Source of the DNA: an uncultured bacterium
GTDB taxonomy: Bacteria; Krumholzibacteriota; Krumholzibacteriia; Krumholzibacteriales; Krumholzibacteriaceae
Direction: 5' to 3'
Assembly: GCA_963786935.1 (NCBI GenBank)
Contig: CAWBAN010000001.1
Location: forward strand, 1,529,490-1,593,489
Length of the DNA: 64,000 nucleotides
In this document: positions 62,200 through 64,000 of the stretch, piece by piece
How the letters are laid out: each line of letters opens with the position of its first letter
How positions within the stretch are numbered: the stretch's first letter is position 1
The notes under the pieces: model-generated
What the model saw: only the letters and a program-made list of their open reading frames with translations
Database searches by the model: none
What the model was told of the DNA's origin: nothing
Position numbers and translations under genes: made by a program

Positions 62200-63261
62200 C
62201 GGAGCGTGGGGCAAAGTACTTAGCTCAATCGCATTCAAGAATTCCCGAGCCTTTGTTTGTGATTCCGCCGTGAGGCCCTGCATTGACTGCACTGACTCAC
62301 CAGTAACGGTTTCGTGAGTAAAGATCTTGAAAGACTCGAAAGGTATAAGCAGCGTCTGCGTCGCCCCTCCCCCATCCCTTGCCCCCCGGCCTGCCCGGTC
62401 CAGCTCGTCGAGAGCGTCAGGATGTCGGCAAGCGTGATGTACTTCCACCCGACAAATTCCCGTGCTTCAGAATCACTCACATGGCGGACGATGTACATGG
62501 CATTTGAATCACTGGGGAGACAGAGTCGTAGCAGCATGATGATGCGACCGACATCTATACCGAAGAACGCGCCGTCACCCCCAAATTCTCCTTTTTATCT
62601 CCACGGGAAACACACCGCCGCTGTAGGAAATAAAGAAACCATCCACATCGTATGGATCAACGACGGGAACATGCGACCTTGAGCTTCAGATAGCTGGTGA
62701 AGAAAGCCTCATTGAGGAACAGTCTTGTGAGTTGCTCTTGCGGGAGACGGCTGAGCCTTTCCATTGTTTCAGGCGTGATTTCTGCCCTCACGTGGCCGGG
62801 GCGCCCTCCTCCAGCCCAAGAGGGGAAGAAAGCACTATATTGGTCGCCTCACATCGTCCATCAAAGAGACGAAAGATGCGCCATTCCGATCCCCATCGCC
62901 CAACAACCCCTCACCAAGCTCTGGCCCGTCAAAAACAGGGACAGCGTACATCATCTCTAGTCCCGCAGCCCTGAGGAAACGTGCAATTCCGGCTATGGAG
63001 GTAATCCCCGGAGATACCTGCAATCGCGCCTTCAACGGAATCCGATGACACACACTCAGGGTGCGTGAACACCGCGAATCGATACTTGAAATTCTTCTCT
63101 ACCTTGGGGGACAAGAGCCACGCACCGTGGCGAAGACTCCCCGCTCTCGTTCCTCGAGGTAATCGAGGAAATAGGATTCAGCCACGAGTTCCTTTGGCCT
63201 TGTTCTCTGCCCAATACGCTCTAAAGTAGTCTAGAGCAAATCTCGCATTTAGTGTTGCCAA
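62200..63261 (-). CDS. Putative PD-(D/E)xK restriction endonuclease, multiply frameshifted
   Basis: Minus strand 'DPYDVDGFFISYSGGVFPVEIK' at ~62593-62658; directly downstream of the m5C MTase. Confidence 0.55.
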
Positions 63262-63282
63262 GGTCCCCCCATCGCTTGAGAA

Positions 63283-64000
63283 TCAAGATCCGACTTCCGA
63301 CTTACAGACCTCCGCACGGGCGTGCCGCAAGGTCGCAACGAGCTCAGACGCGATATCATAGACCACCGGCACAACCACCGAGTTGCCAAATTGTCGATAG
63401 GCTTGGGTATCAGAACTGGGATGACAAAGTCAGGTCTAAACTGTGTGAATCCCATTAGACTCGCACATTCTCGAGGGGTCAAGCGTCTCAGGATTCCTCC
63501 CATCCTGAGGAACGAGTATCTCTGAGCCATCCTTATGGTATCTCGCACTAAGCGTTCTTCCCGACCATCCAGATCCGTCATGCCGAACCCAAATCCATTG
63601 CCGAGCTCTTTGTGCTTCCGTGCGTATTCCTGAAGATAGTTCCAGAGATGATCGGAAAGCGTATATTTCTCCGGCACACCCTCCTCAAGGACCTCCCTGA
63701 ATTTTGGTTTGCGCTGACACATCTTCTTCGGAAACCCAAAAAAAGTGAAATCGCGAAAACCAACGATATAGATCCTCTCCCTGTGCTGCGGCACATAGCA
63801 ATAGGAGTCGATCACGCGGAGTGTACTGTGTATCCCAGTTCCCTCTGCAGAGTATCCATAATCACTGCGAAGGTGCGGCCGCCATCATGTCTCTGCAGGT
63901 GCTTGACATTCTCAAGCAGAAAAGCCCTTGGTTTCTTGTCTCTCAGTATTCTTTTTATTTCGAAGAAGAGAGTCCCCTCGTTGGATCTGCGAAACCGTCG
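63283..64000 (-). CDS. dcm: Dcm/M.EcoRII-like C5 cytosine methyltransferase, partial and frameshifted
   Basis: 'FLLENV', '[13 protein letters not shown]', 'LW.YLQ.YA.KH...GNGFGFG', '[13 protein letters not shown]', 'FGNSVVVP'. Confidence 0.9.

Larger units (their letters stand above)
55560..64000. mobile_element. Low-GC horizontally acquired defence-type island (right end beyond the window)
   Basis: Abrupt loss of host GC/CTC-GAG bias after moxR; RM, FRG, PIN-like and ATPase content; no integrase in the window. Confidence 0.7.

Overview
High-GC bacterial window with strong CTC/GAG and TCGA/CGCG codon bias. Secreted proteins ending in a 'QNYPNPFNP' FlgD-Ig/CTD-like domain suggest an FCB-group lineage such as Krumholzibacteria/Latescibacteria (inference). 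1-20 kb: housekeeping/anaerobic genes (acyl-CoA dehydrogenase end, two-subunit CoA-transferase, MenA, LOG, DsbD, FAH, GT4, BioY, a BadF/HgdC-type activator pair). 19-29 kb: complete V/A-type ATPase operon followed by Usp and PTS-IIA. 29-55 kb: MoxR-DUF58-BatABCDE operon interrupted by three promoter-bearing TA modules and an ~11 kb block of secreted beta-propeller genes. 55.6-64 kb: low-GC defence-type island (P-loop ATPase, FRG, PIN-like+TM, Zn-finger, PD-(D/E)xK nuclease, MutY/Mig-like glycosylase, Dcm-like MTase), heavily frameshifted, probably by read errors. The most unusual signal is an unannotated 33-aa ORF with three synonymous-diverged GKSVW repeats (2306-2407), with a perfect RBS, a sigma54-like promoter, TyrR-type boxes and two terminators, directly upstream of menA. 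No rRNA, tRNA, CRISPR or integrase/transposase was seen.
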